The translations under genes and the position numbers were made by a program. This document shows positions 1 to 8,716 of a stretch of DNA of 64,000 bases, piece after piece. The notes beneath the pieces are model-generated. The model did not search any database, was not told the DNA's origin, and saw nothing but the letters and a program-made list of their open reading frames with translations. The stretch is from positions 736,001 through 800,000 of the forward strand of contig CBDHDF010000010.1 in assembly GCA_965261545.1 (NCBI GenBank), written 5' to 3'. The DNA is from Bdellovibrionales bacterium. GTDB lineage: Bacteria; Bdellovibrionota; Bdellovibrionia; Bdellovibrionales; UBA1609. How positions within the stretch are numbered: position 1 is the stretch's first letter; the number at the start of each line of letters is the position of its first letter.

Positions 1-396
1 AACAGAATATCTAATTCAAATATTAGTATAAGAAATGGTTATAAAGTTAAGTTCGGTTACTCCTACGCAAACAATTATCTAAAAATGAGATTGAAAAATC
101 CCTATAATATTAAAAACAAATTGATGCTTCAAATGGACGGATCTTTCATATCTTCGATTCAAGATGTTATTCTGTATTTAGGATATGATTTTACTAAAAA
201 AATAATCCTAGATGTAGATTATAGTTCTCATTGGGAGCTTGTGAGACTTAAAGGACACTACAAAATTTCTTCCAAGCTGAAGACATCTCTTTCTCTCGTG
301 TCTGGTTTTTCTGAAATTTATGATGAAATCTCCAAAGAAAAGAGTCGAGGTCCATTCGAAAATAAAGTCTTATTTGGTATCTCTTGGCAACGTTAA
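1..396 (+). CDS. Hypothetical protein, 5'-partial (possible outer-membrane beta-barrel C-terminus)
   Basis: Frame 1 is open from base 1 to TAA at 394-396. Alternating hydrophobic pattern and C-terminal KVLFGISWQR resemble a terminal beta-strand. Confidence 0.5.
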   Translation, partial: NRISNSNISIRNGYKVKFGYSYANNYLKMRLKNPYNIKNKLMLQMDGSFISSIQDVILYLGYDFTKKIILDVDYSSHWELVRLKGHYKISSKLKTSLSLVSGFSEIYDEISKEKSRGPFENKVLFGISWQR

Positions 397-427
397 TGCA
401 AGCTCACTCACACTCTTCACACTCACT

Positions 428-1474
428 TCACAGTGAATTGAGACACCACTGAGCGACACCTTTCAGCCTTTTGTGTTGTGCGTAGTTGGATACATCTTCC
501 TTAAGGGTTTGGATTTTTAAATTGGCAATAAGAACAATGGCATTTCTTTTAAGTCCTAGACCCTTAGCCCGACTCAAAGGACTGTTTTGAAGTGTTCTTT
601 CAAGGGACTTATTCGAACTTGAAAGAATCCATCGTAGATCTTCAATCAATGAATTCGTGACTTTTTTCTTTAAAATTTGCTCTTCTTTAATAACTCTACC
701 AAAAACTTTTTCATTCCATGGACACACGGCCTGACAAATATCACATCCAAAAAACCAGTCATTCATTTTCCCATGAAGGGGGTGGGGGGCGAGGCTCCTT
801 GATTCAATGTTGAGATAGGAAATGCATTTTCTTGCATCCAACTCTCTATGGTGAGAATGGGATAGGGCTTGGGTCGGACAGGCATCTATACAGCGAGTAC
901 AGTTACCGCAACGATCGGGATGGAGGGGGGCAAAGGCATTGATTTTGAGACTGGTGTAGATTTCGCCGATGAAGAAAAGGCTTCCCTTTTGGCTGTGAAT
1001 GAGGCAGGTGTTTTTGCCAAACCAACCAAGGCCAGCTCGATAGGCCAAGTCCCTTTCAAGAACAGGTGCAGAATCTGTAAAGCTGAGAAACTCCTCCTGG
1101 GGAAATTCGAGCTTGAGGGACTGACTGAGTTGATGAAGTTGGTTCTTAAAAAAGTGGTGGTAGTCTTGGCCTTTGGCATAGAGGGCTGTTCGCAGGGACA
1201 AGGCTTTTTTATCTGAAGAGGGAAAGGGGGCCGGGTGAGGGAGGTAGTTTTTAGTCACAACAAGAGCCGACTGGGCCCGGGGGAGAAGGCGCTGGGGCTT
1301 TTCTTTCATATCCGCATGATCCACAAGGTAGTTCATGCTTCCGTGATGACCCTTTTGAAGCCATTGTTTGTAAATATGAAAACTCATGGGCCTTTCAAGA
1401 GCTGCAAAGCCATAGTGAGCCTTGGGGCCCATGTGGTTTTTCACTTGCTTGTGAATACTGTCTTCAAGGGACAT
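428..1474 (-). CDS. queG: tRNA epoxyqueuosine(34) reductase QueG
   Basis: YAKGQDYH, DSAPVLERDLAYRAGLGWFGKN, CGNCTRCIDACPT and FGCDICQAVCPWN motifs. ATG 1474 has a GAGGTGG RBS. Confidence 0.95.
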   Translation of the reverse strand: MSLEDSIHKQVKNHMGPKAHYGFAALERPMSFHIYKQWLQKGHHGSMNYLVDHADMKEKPQRLLPRAQSALVVTKNYLPHPAPFPSSDKKALSLRTALYAKGQDYHHFFKNQLHQLSQSLKLEFPQEEFLSFTDSAPVLERDLAYRAGLGWFGKNTCLIHSQKGSLFFIGEIYTSLKINAFAPLHPDRCGNCTRCIDACPTQALSHSHHRELDARKCISYLNIESRSLAPHPLHGKMNDWFFGCDICQAVCPWNEKVFGRVIKEEQILKKKVTNSLIEDLRWILSSSNKSLERTLQNSPLSRAKGLGLKRNAIVLIANLKIQTLKEDVSNYAQHKRLKGVAQWCLNSL

Positions 1475-1669
1475 GAGTCCACCTCGCACGATAAAAAGTC
1501 CTAAGAGCTTGATAGAGTTTTTCAAACCTCGTCTTGATAGGAAGATAACAACACCCTACCATTAACATAAGTTAAGAAAAGTATTCTCTTAACTTATGGA
1601 GAAATTTATATAGGAAATCTTAAAATTCATAACTTATAACTTATGATTCACAGATGAAAAGGGGGCAAT

Positions 1670-2146
1670 ATGTTAAGATGGATTCAATCCGTAAAATATA
1701 CGAACATCTTCGTAAAATCAATGGTACTTATAATCCTATTGGGATCACCATTGCTATGGGTGGGGCAAAATCAAGCACGAGCTTGGTCCGAGGGAATGAT
1801 TGAACTCAATCTACACGGTTTTGGTTATTATATTGCCTCAAAGTGTTATTCAAACAGTGGTAGAAGCGTGGGCCGGTGGAGCAGAACCGGTTGGAAAGGA
1901 TCGAGAACCTGTGACACCTATGGCAACAGAACAGCTGCCTACATGAGGGTCCAACGTCAAAATATATGGATGCGAGATTATGGACGCCCGTGGCGAGTGT
2001 ATCGAGAGTATCATCAATGTGCACCTGCTCAAAAGCTGTGTATTAATATTCTCGCGACAGGTGTTGGCAGCGCTTACTATAGAGCCTATTGTGGGAGCCT
2101 AAATGTGGGTTGTGATCCTAACAAGGGACATACGTCCGTTAGATAA
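1670..2146 (+). CDS. Hypothetical secreted Cys-rich protein
   Basis: AGGGGG RBS, hydrophobic N-terminus ending QARA, 6 Cys in the mature part. Confidence 0.6.
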   Translation: MLRWIQSVKYTNIFVKSMVLIILLGSPLLWVGQNQARAWSEGMIELNLHGFGYYIASKCYSNSGRSVGRWSRTGWKGSRTCDTYGNRTAAYMRVQRQNIWMRDYGRPWRVYREYHQCAPAQKLCINILATGVGSAYYRAYCGSLNVGCDPNKGHTSVR

Positions 2147-2191
2147 GTGCGGGGAAAAACACTCGAAAAACCAGAGGAATCTTGTTGTAAA

Positions 2192-3745
2192 ATGATCTGG
2201 AAATTTGAAAACCTTTGGAGTGGGCATGAATGGTTGTCACCAGCTTTTATTGAAGTAAATAACAGAGGCTTGATACAAAGCAAGCCTTTGGCTGGACAGC
2301 ATCAACTTTCTCAAACCCACTCTCAAACTCACCCTCCAGTTCCAATAGATGAGATCGATGAGGAGGTCAGAGGGTGGGCCGTTCCCGGCTTTCAAAACGC
2401 CCACTCCCATGCTTTCCAGTTTGCCATGGCTGGCCTCACGGAGTTTCTTGGGAAAGCCTTGTCCGACGATTTTTGGAGTTGGCGCCAAAAGATGTATCAA
2501 TTGGCTTTAAAGCTCACTCCAAGGCAAATGGAATCCATCGCCACGAGGCTTTACTCCATCATGTTGACCCAGGGCTATACCTGGGTCGCTGAGTTTCACT
2601 ACCTCCACCACGACCCCCAAGGGAGAGCCTATGGGGATATTTCGGAGATGGGCCAGGCCCTTCTTCGTGCCGCTGAAAAAACAGGGATCGGTATCACATT
2701 GATCCCCATTTTTTACAATCAAGGTGGTTTTGGAAAGGCTCCTGAAGAAGAACAAAAAAGGTTTATTTCTCCCAGCATTGATGACTATTTAAAGCTTCAT
2801 TCGTCCACCCTTAGACACTGTGCTGGGCCGCGTCAAAAGTGTGCCCTCGGCATTCACTCCCTGAGAGCCATCAAACCAGAGCATGTAAAACCTCTCATCA
2901 AGGAAGCTCCCCAGAATCAACCTTGGCATATTCATATTGCCGAACAAAAAAAAGAAGTTTCAGAATGCCTGGAAATGTTGGGCAAAACACCTGTGCAGTG
3001 GCTCATGGACCATGTGAATGTTGATTCCAACTGGCACCTTGTTCATGGAACCCATGTCAGTGAGCTTGAAATTATATCTCTGCAAGAGAGGCAGGCCCAT
3101 ATCGTGCTTTGCCCCTCCACAGAGGGCAATCTCGGCGACGGTGTGTTTCCACTGAAAGCCTATTGGCATGGAGGGGGGCGTTGGAGTATTGGTTCCGACA
3201 GCCATATTGGCTTGAATCCTTTGGAGGAGTTAAGATGGTTGGATTATGTGCAACGCTTGAACCACCGCCAGAGAAATGTTCTTTGTCGTCACCCCCATGA
3301 AAATAGTGGAGAGCTTCTTTTTAGCGAGGCCCTCATCTCTGGGAAAAGGGCCATGGGACTGGGATGGGGGTTGGGATGTCCGGTGGGGGGAAATGTTCCC
3401 TCTCTTCAAACAGATGGAGTGTCTTTCAGCCCTAGGGAGCCTCTTGCCCCAAAGGAGTCTCTCAAATGTGGGGAGCCTTTTGGTCCAGAGAAGTCTCTCA
3501 AATGTGGGGAACCTCTTGGCCTTGGGGAATCTCTCGACCTTGTGGTTATAAAGCCTGAAGCCACTTTGTGGAAGAGTGGCTCAACTCAAAGCCTTTTGTC
3601 CACACTCATTTATGCAACTTCTCCCGGTGATTTTTCAGGGGTCATCGCTGGTGGGAAGTGGGTGGTTCAAGGGGGGCAGCACATAAAAGAGGGTGAATTT
3701 TCTAAAGACTGGCCCCATAAGGATGCTGTGGCTTTATATACTTAA
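2192..3745 (+). CDS. hutF: Formimidoylglutamate deiminase
   Basis: PGFQNAHSHAFQ, DDFWSWRQKMY, VAEFHYLHH, HIHIAEQ, CPSTEGNLGDG and IGSDSH motifs. Likely start ATG 2192. Confidence 0.93.
   Translation: MIWKFENLWSGHEWLSPAFIEVNNRGLIQSKPLAGQHQLSQTHSQTHPPVPIDEIDEEVRGWAVPGFQNAHSHAFQFAMAGLTEFLGKALSDDFWSWRQKMYQLALKLTPRQMESIATRLYSIMLTQGYTWVAEFHYLHHDPQGRAYGDISEMGQALLRAAEKTGIGITLIPIFYNQGGFGKAPEEEQKRFISPSIDDYLKLHSSTLRHCAGPRQKCALGIHSLRAIKPEHVKPLIKEAPQNQPWHIHIAEQKKEVSECLEMLGKTPVQWLMDHVNVDSNWHLVHGTHVSELEIISLQERQAHIVLCPSTEGNLGDGVFPLKAYWHGGGRWSIGSDSHIGLNPLEELRWLDYVQRLNHRQRNVLCRHPHENSGELLFSEALISGKRAMGLGWGLGCPVGGNVPSLQTDGVSFSPREPLAPKESLKCGEPFGPEKSLKCGEPLGLGESLDLVVIKPEATLWKSGSTQSLLSTLIYATSPGDFSGVIAGGKWVVQGGQHIKEGEFSKDWPHKDAVALYT
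3435..3537 (+). repeat. 36-nt coding tandem repeat (about 3 copies) in hutF
   Basis: GGGAGCCT...GTCTCTCAAATGTG units start at 3435, 3471 and 3507. Confidence 0.85.
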
Positions 3746-3767
3746 ATCCTAGGCAAAGAAACTGGGG

Positions 3768-5666
3768 TTAAGTAGGTAGAGAAATTTTTAATTTTGTTCC
3801 CACAGTGAGTTTGCTACTTATTTTGACTTCTCCGTTGTGGAGTTGAACGAAATATTTAACGAGATACAAGCCAAGTCCTGTTCCTTTTGTTTTGTACGCT
3901 TGAGAGGGAGACCTATAGAATTTGTTGAAAACCTTTTTTGCATCTTCTCGACTCATCCCTGGACCATTATCTGCAATCGTTATATCGACATACTTTCTTC
4001 TTTCTTTAGTAGAAATCGTAATTGCACATCCATTGTTTGAATATTTGATTGCATTCTCAACGACGTTGAGAATGACTTCGTGGATCATCATCGCATCAAC
4101 TTCCAAGAGAAATATGGGATCAAATATTTTTCGGATGGTGATGTTTTTTTTGTCGGCAAAAAGTTCCAATGTTTTCACAACACTTTCAATCATTTCGTTG
4201 ATATCTATAGAATCCTTATACATTTGAAAATCTTGAGACTCAGTTTGACTGTACTGTAAAATAGATTGAATGTAACGCTGAAGTTCCGCACTTTCTCGAT
4301 GTATACTCTGAAAATCTTTTTTGTATTGAGACTTATCAGTAAGCCGATAATCTGTGAGTGTGACTTTCTCACAAATAATTTGAATTTTGGCAATGGGTGC
4401 CTTTAAGTCATGGCTGATGAGAGTCATAAAGTTATTTTTGAGCTTGTTGTTTTCATCATGCATCTTTTTTTCTTGTATCAATTGCCAATTGGATTTTTCT
4501 TTCATATGGATGAGGTAACTTAAAAAAAGCACATAGGTAGCTAAAATTTGTATGAGGGGGGCCGTGACAGGTATCCAGAAATAGAAATTATCAAAAATCC
4601 AAATAGAAAAAGAAGTGGTAAATGTCCCAAGAAAGAGCAAGAAGGCAATACTTACGATTTGAGGACTGCCTAAGACAATCCACATGGCTCCTATAAGGAC
4701 AATGAGCAAGTATAAAACATAAAAGATCTTGGGCAGTTTATGAACCCAGCGCTCATTAAGAATGTTGTCTAAAATATGGGCAAAGATTTCAAGCTGAGTC
4801 ATGGGGCCCATGGGAGTGGTAAAAACTTGGTCGTATTCAGAACTTTTCCCTATAAGAATGTATTTACCTTTGAGAGTGGGGGGCCTGTCAGGGAGATCAC
4901 TGGTAGATTCAACGGATTTCTTAAAATGTCCAGAAGACCCATTGGAAGATTCCTGGGAAGCTCTATGGAAAGATTCACTGATAGCAAGAGCTTTTTTAAG
5001 GCTTATTGTTTGCAGAGTTTCCTTTTTTCCTCGAAAGTTGATGAGGTGCTTTTCACTTTGGAAGGGTCTATGGCTCTGAGCGACCTTCTCTAAAAAGGTC
5101 CTCCTGTTGCTTGGGAAACTATAATGGCGAAGCACCTTGCGGCTATCTTTTTGAATAAAAGAAGGAGCAAAATTTGTGCTGTTTGAAAATAAGAAAGGGG
5201 GAGGTATTTCCTCCCCCTTGCGCTCGATGGATCGCCAATAAATAGGGGAAGAGCTTTTTATTTTTCTTAGATTTCCTAAATCTTCTAGATCTTCTAGATT
5301 TTCTTTCTCTCTCTCACCGCTCTCTTGAAAGTCCTGAAAGGCCAAGGTGATGCCTAGAGAATGAGGCTTTCCCAGAAGAAGTTGATCTAAGATGTGAGTC
5401 CATAATTGAGGCTCCCATTTCAATAGGGAGGCGTCAGGTATTCCCAGCTCTTGTCCCAAATGACTCCATTCGCGGGGAGAAATGGAGATGAGAAGAATAT
5501 CTTTATGAATACTCTGGGTGCTTCGTGCTTGAAAGCGTTCGTCGTAGGGGCCGTTATCTGTGATAAGGAGAGTGGTGAGGCCAATAACAAAGGAAATAAG
5601 TCCTCGGATCCAAATAGATTTGGAGCGCTTAAGTGTATATATAATTTTTAAAATATTTATAGGCAT
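3768..5666 (-). CDS. CHASE2-domain sensor histidine kinase
   Basis: N-terminal TM, CHASE2-like region (INFRG; TPMGPMTQLEIFAHILDN), 3 TMs, H-box ISHDLKAP, N-box ENAIKYS, G-boxes DNGPG and GTGLGL. Confidence 0.9.
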   Translation of the reverse strand: MPINILKIIYTLKRSKSIWIRGLISFVIGLTTLLITDNGPYDERFQARSTQSIHKDILLISISPREWSHLGQELGIPDASLLKWEPQLWTHILDQLLLGKPHSLGITLAFQDFQESGEREKENLEDLEDLGNLRKIKSSSPIYWRSIERKGEEIPPPFLFSNSTNFAPSFIQKDSRKVLRHYSFPSNRRTFLEKVAQSHRPFQSEKHLINFRGKKETLQTISLKKALAISESFHRASQESSNGSSGHFKKSVESTSDLPDRPPTLKGKYILIGKSSEYDQVFTTPMGPMTQLEIFAHILDNILNERWVHKLPKIFYVLYLLIVLIGAMWIVLGSPQIVSIAFLLFLGTFTTSFSIWIFDNFYFWIPVTAPLIQILATYVLFLSYLIHMKEKSNWQLIQEKKMHDENNKLKNNFMTLISHDLKAPIAKIQIICEKVTLTDYRLTDKSQYKKDFQSIHRESAELQRYIQSILQYSQTESQDFQMYKDSIDINEMIESVVKTLELFADKKNITIRKIFDPIFLLEVDAMMIHEVILNVVENAIKYSNNGCAITISTKERRKYVDITIADNGPGMSREDAKKVFNKFYRSPSQAYKTKGTGLGLYLVKYFVQLHNGEVKISSKLTVGTKLKISLPT

Positions 5667-5683
5667 ATAAACTGACTGCCCCT

Positions 5684-5715
5684 ATGCTTATAGTACATAA
5701 TGCTTATAGTACATA
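5684..5715. repeat. Perfect 16-bp tandem duplication
   Basis: ATGCTTATAGTACATA x2. Confidence 0.9.
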
Positions 5716-5890
5716 TTGACACCTTAAAGGAGGAAATATATATATAATAACATATGTAAAATAGATACAATCATTCTTTGCCATAAGTTTCCCAAATTGT
5801 AATTTTTTACTCTCTTAAAATTTTATAGAAAAGCCCGATAGAATGACTATCTCTTTGTTATCTCTAGGTATTCAGGTATATTAGAATCAT

Positions 5891-6886
5891 ATGATTAAAA
5901 TCATGAGAAGTGTTTCAGATATAAAATTTAGTCCTTGCGCCCTTTGTATTGGCAAATTTGATGGAGTTCATAGAGGACACCAAGCTTTACTTAAAGCTAT
6001 GACCTCCAGCGATTCAAAATTGAAAAAAACTGTTCTGAGTTTTCATCCTCATCCCATGGAGGTTCTCCAACCCGAAAAAGATTGTTTTAAGGTACAGCAA
6101 TCCTCAGAAATGCCCGGCTTATTGAGTCAATATGGTGTGGATCTTCTCATTTGGCATCCATTTACAAAGTCTTTTGCTGAACTGAGTCCCAAGGAATTTG
6201 TGACTCGCTGGTTGGTGCCTTATATTCAGCCTCAATTGATTGTTGTGGGTGAAAATTTTCGTTTTGGCTGTGGGAAGTCTGGAAATGTTGACCTTCTCAA
6301 AAGCTATGGGGAAGAGCTTCGATTCAAAGTGCTTGTTGTTCCTACAGTTTTGGATAATAAGAATAATAAGGGTAATAAGGATAAGACAGGAGATCAACTT
6401 CAAAGGATTTCTAGCACAGTTGTGAGAAAAGCCCTTTCTCAAGGTCATATTACCTATGCGAGTCAGTTGCTAGGACGTCCGTACTTTTTAGAAGGGGCCT
6501 GCCAAACTGGAGATGGCGTGGGTCGTACGTTGGGTTTTCCAACTCTCAATATTCCCCTCGAAGAGAAGCTCTCCATTCGGTCAGGGGTTTATATTTGTCA
6601 CTTGGTCTCTGAGGGAAAAAGGCACCCCTGTATTGCTAATATTGGAAGGGCTCCAACAATCCATAAAAATCGCCCCCCCCTTCTTGAAGTTCATATGTTC
6701 AATTTTGTGTCACCTCAAGGAATCGTCCAGATCGAGTTTCAAGATTTTCTGAGGCCAGAAATAAAATTTCCAGGAACAGAAGAGCTTGTACACCAAATTC
6801 AAAAGGATGTTGAGAAAGCCAAAGCTTTTTTTTCAGTGGGTATTCGAAAGCTTGGCATGACATTTGGTGCCCGCAGAGGGACTTGA
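5891..6886 (+). CDS. ribF: Bifunctional riboflavin kinase / FAD synthetase
   Basis: FDGVHRGHQ, VVGENFRFG, ISSTVVR, GRTLGFPT and LEVH motifs. Confidence 0.95.
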   Translation: MIKIMRSVSDIKFSPCALCIGKFDGVHRGHQALLKAMTSSDSKLKKTVLSFHPHPMEVLQPEKDCFKVQQSSEMPGLLSQYGVDLLIWHPFTKSFAELSPKEFVTRWLVPYIQPQLIVVGENFRFGCGKSGNVDLLKSYGEELRFKVLVVPTVLDNKNNKGNKDKTGDQLQRISSTVVRKALSQGHITYASQLLGRPYFLEGACQTGDGVGRTLGFPTLNIPLEEKLSIRSGVYICHLVSEGKRHPCIANIGRAPTIHKNRPPLLEVHMFNFVSPQGIVQIEFQDFLRPEIKFPGTEELVHQIQKDVEKAKAFFSVGIRKLGMTFGARRGT

Positions 6887-6949
6887 ACCCCCACGCCGAG
6901 AGGCACTAGATCCTAAGTCTAGCGTGTCTGCCAATTCCACCATGCGGGC
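6865..6949 (-). tRNA. tRNA-Leu (anticodon UAG)
   Basis: Reverse complement GCCCGCATGGTGGAATTGGCAGACACG-CTAGA-CTTAGGA-TCTAG...GGTTCAAGTCC...GCGGGCACCA. Long variable arm, encoded CCA. Confidence 0.97.
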
Positions 6950-6998
6950 GCACAATAAGGAAGCCTATCAGCCCAATAAAGATAAACCAAGGAAAATT

Positions 6999-7409
6999 TT
7001 AAGTTTCAGAAGCTTCAGAAGCTTCAGAGATGAATTTCCTATATTCAGGGGCCCGCATGAGACTTGCAAGCTCTTTTTCTGTGTCCATCTCCACTTTCAC
7101 CAGCCACCCCTCGTTCATGGGGTCATCGTTGAGGGGGCCTGGGTCATCCACCAACCCTAGATTGATTTCAATGATCGTTCCTGAGACGGGAGACATGAGG
7201 TCACTTGCTGCCTTTACGCTTTCAATAACACCAAAGCTTTCACCTTGAGTGACCTTACTTCCCTCTTCGGGAATTTCAATATATACAATTTCACCCAGCT
7301 GATCTTGAGCGTACTCAGTGATGCCCACCGTAACAATATTCTCATCCACTTGGGCCCATTCATGCTCTTTGGTGTAGTAGTTTTCTTCAGGGACATGTAT
7401 TTTCCTCAT
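6999..7409 (-). CDS. gcvH: Glycine cleavage system H protein
   Basis: YYTKEHEW, GITEYAQDQLG and lipoyl motif IESVKAASD. Confidence 0.96.
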   Translation of the reverse strand: MRKIHVPEENYYTKEHEWAQVDENIVTVGITEYAQDQLGEIVYIEIPEEGSKVTQGESFGVIESVKAASDLMSPVSGTIIEINLGLVDDPGPLNDDPMNEGWLVKVEMDTEKELASLMRAPEYRKFISEASEASET

Positions 7410-7436
7410 TTTTAACTCCTTGAAGTACCTTAGGTA

Positions 7437-8531
7437 CTATTTTTGGGTGTTTAAGAAAGGTGTTTTCACCACCGTTGCCCTTACCTTCTGTTGACGAATC
7501 TCTACCATGAACTCTGTACCTACCTCACTGAAAACCTTGTTCACATAGGCAATGCCAATCCCTTTTTCTAGCATGGGGGATAGAGTTCCACTAGTTACTT
7601 TACCAATCTCATTGTTGTCAAAATCAAATAACTTGTATCCCTGGCGGGGGATTCCTTTTTCTTGCATTTGAAAACCCACAATTTTTTGTGGAAGCCCCGC
7701 TTCCTTCGCCTCTAGTATGGCTTTTCGGCCCAGAAAGTCTTTGATTTTTGGTTTGACAACCCAGCCGAGTCCCGCCGCATAGGGGTTTGAATTTTCGTCA
7801 ATTTCATGACCATAAAGACTATATTTCATTTCAATGCGCAGGGTATCCCTCGCCCCCAATCCAGCAGGCTTCACACCAAACTCAACTCCCTTGTCCATAA
7901 ATTCGGACCATAGGCAAGGAGCGTCATTCCATGGCACAAAAATTTCACAGCCAAGTTCTCCTGTGTAGCCTGTTTGAGCAAGGATATGACCTCCTCGAAC
8001 GGCCTTTAAAAATTGAAAAGGGCGCAGAAACAAAACCTGCACCTCAGGATAAATGCGAGACATCAGCTTCATAGAACTTGGCCCCTGAACGGCAATTTGT
8101 GCCCAACTCATGCTTTCATTGGTGATCTCACCGCCACAACTATTTTTGAGAATCCATTGAAAATCTTTTTGGGTATTTGCAGCATTGACACAAAGCAAAT
8201 AGTCACGTCCCTTTTCCAAGCAATAAACAATGAGGTCGTCCACAACGCCTCCCCCCTCATTGGCCATTAAGCTATATTGGGCATGACCTGATAAAAGGGG
8301 TTCAACATGATTTGTCGTCATCCACTCAACGGTTTCTAAGGCACCTTCTCCCCGTATGCGAATTTCACCCATATGTGAGACGTCAAACAAACCCACTTGC
8401 GTTCGAACAGCTTTGTGCTCTTGTCGAAGACCTTCGTATTGAAGGGGCATTTCCCAACCAGAAAAACTGACCATTTTTGCTTGAGCTTTGAGATGTTCTC
8501 CATGGAGAGGAGTTCGATTTAAGCCAGGCAA
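7437..8531 (-). CDS. gcvT: Glycine cleavage system aminomethyltransferase T
   Basis: RTPLH, GWEMPLQY, FDVSHMG, TGYTGELG, GLGARDTLRIE. TTG 8531 follows AAGGAGG. Confidence 0.96.
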   Translation of the reverse strand: MPGLNRTPLHGEHLKAQAKMVSFSGWEMPLQYEGLRQEHKAVRTQVGLFDVSHMGEIRIRGEGALETVEWMTTNHVEPLLSGHAQYSLMANEGGGVVDDLIVYCLEKGRDYLLCVNAANTQKDFQWILKNSCGGEITNESMSWAQIAVQGPSSMKLMSRIYPEVQVLFLRPFQFLKAVRGGHILAQTGYTGELGCEIFVPWNDAPCLWSEFMDKGVEFGVKPAGLGARDTLRIEMKYSLYGHEIDENSNPYAAGLGWVVKPKIKDFLGRKAILEAKEAGLPQKIVGFQMQEKGIPRQGYKLFDFDNNEIGKVTSGTLSPMLEKGIGIAYVNKVFSEVGTEFMVEIRQQKVRATVVKTPFLNTQK

Positions 8532-8716
8532 AGATCCTCCTTTGTGAAAAAATATTTTTGAAAAAATTAAAGATAACAAACAACCTTGGACTCCACAAGC
8601 CTTTCGAAAGCATTCGCACTGGCAGTGGCTGGTATTTTGGCCCTTGGGTTGACACGGGCAGAGAAAAAGACGCCGCTTTCCCTTGACCTACAATTTCTTG
8701 ATCTACAATTCTTATC

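Noticed and set aside
6865..6949. tRNA-Leu as an island attachment site
   Set aside because: No duplicate of its 3' end noticed in the window and no adjacent integrase.
6864..7160. 98-aa ORF MVPAEGLEPPR...
   Set aside because: Antisense shadow of tRNA-Leu and gcvH.
8540..8716. Glycine riboswitch upstream of gcvT
   Set aside because: No GGAGA...CCGAAG...CTCTCAGG aptamer core on the minus strand.
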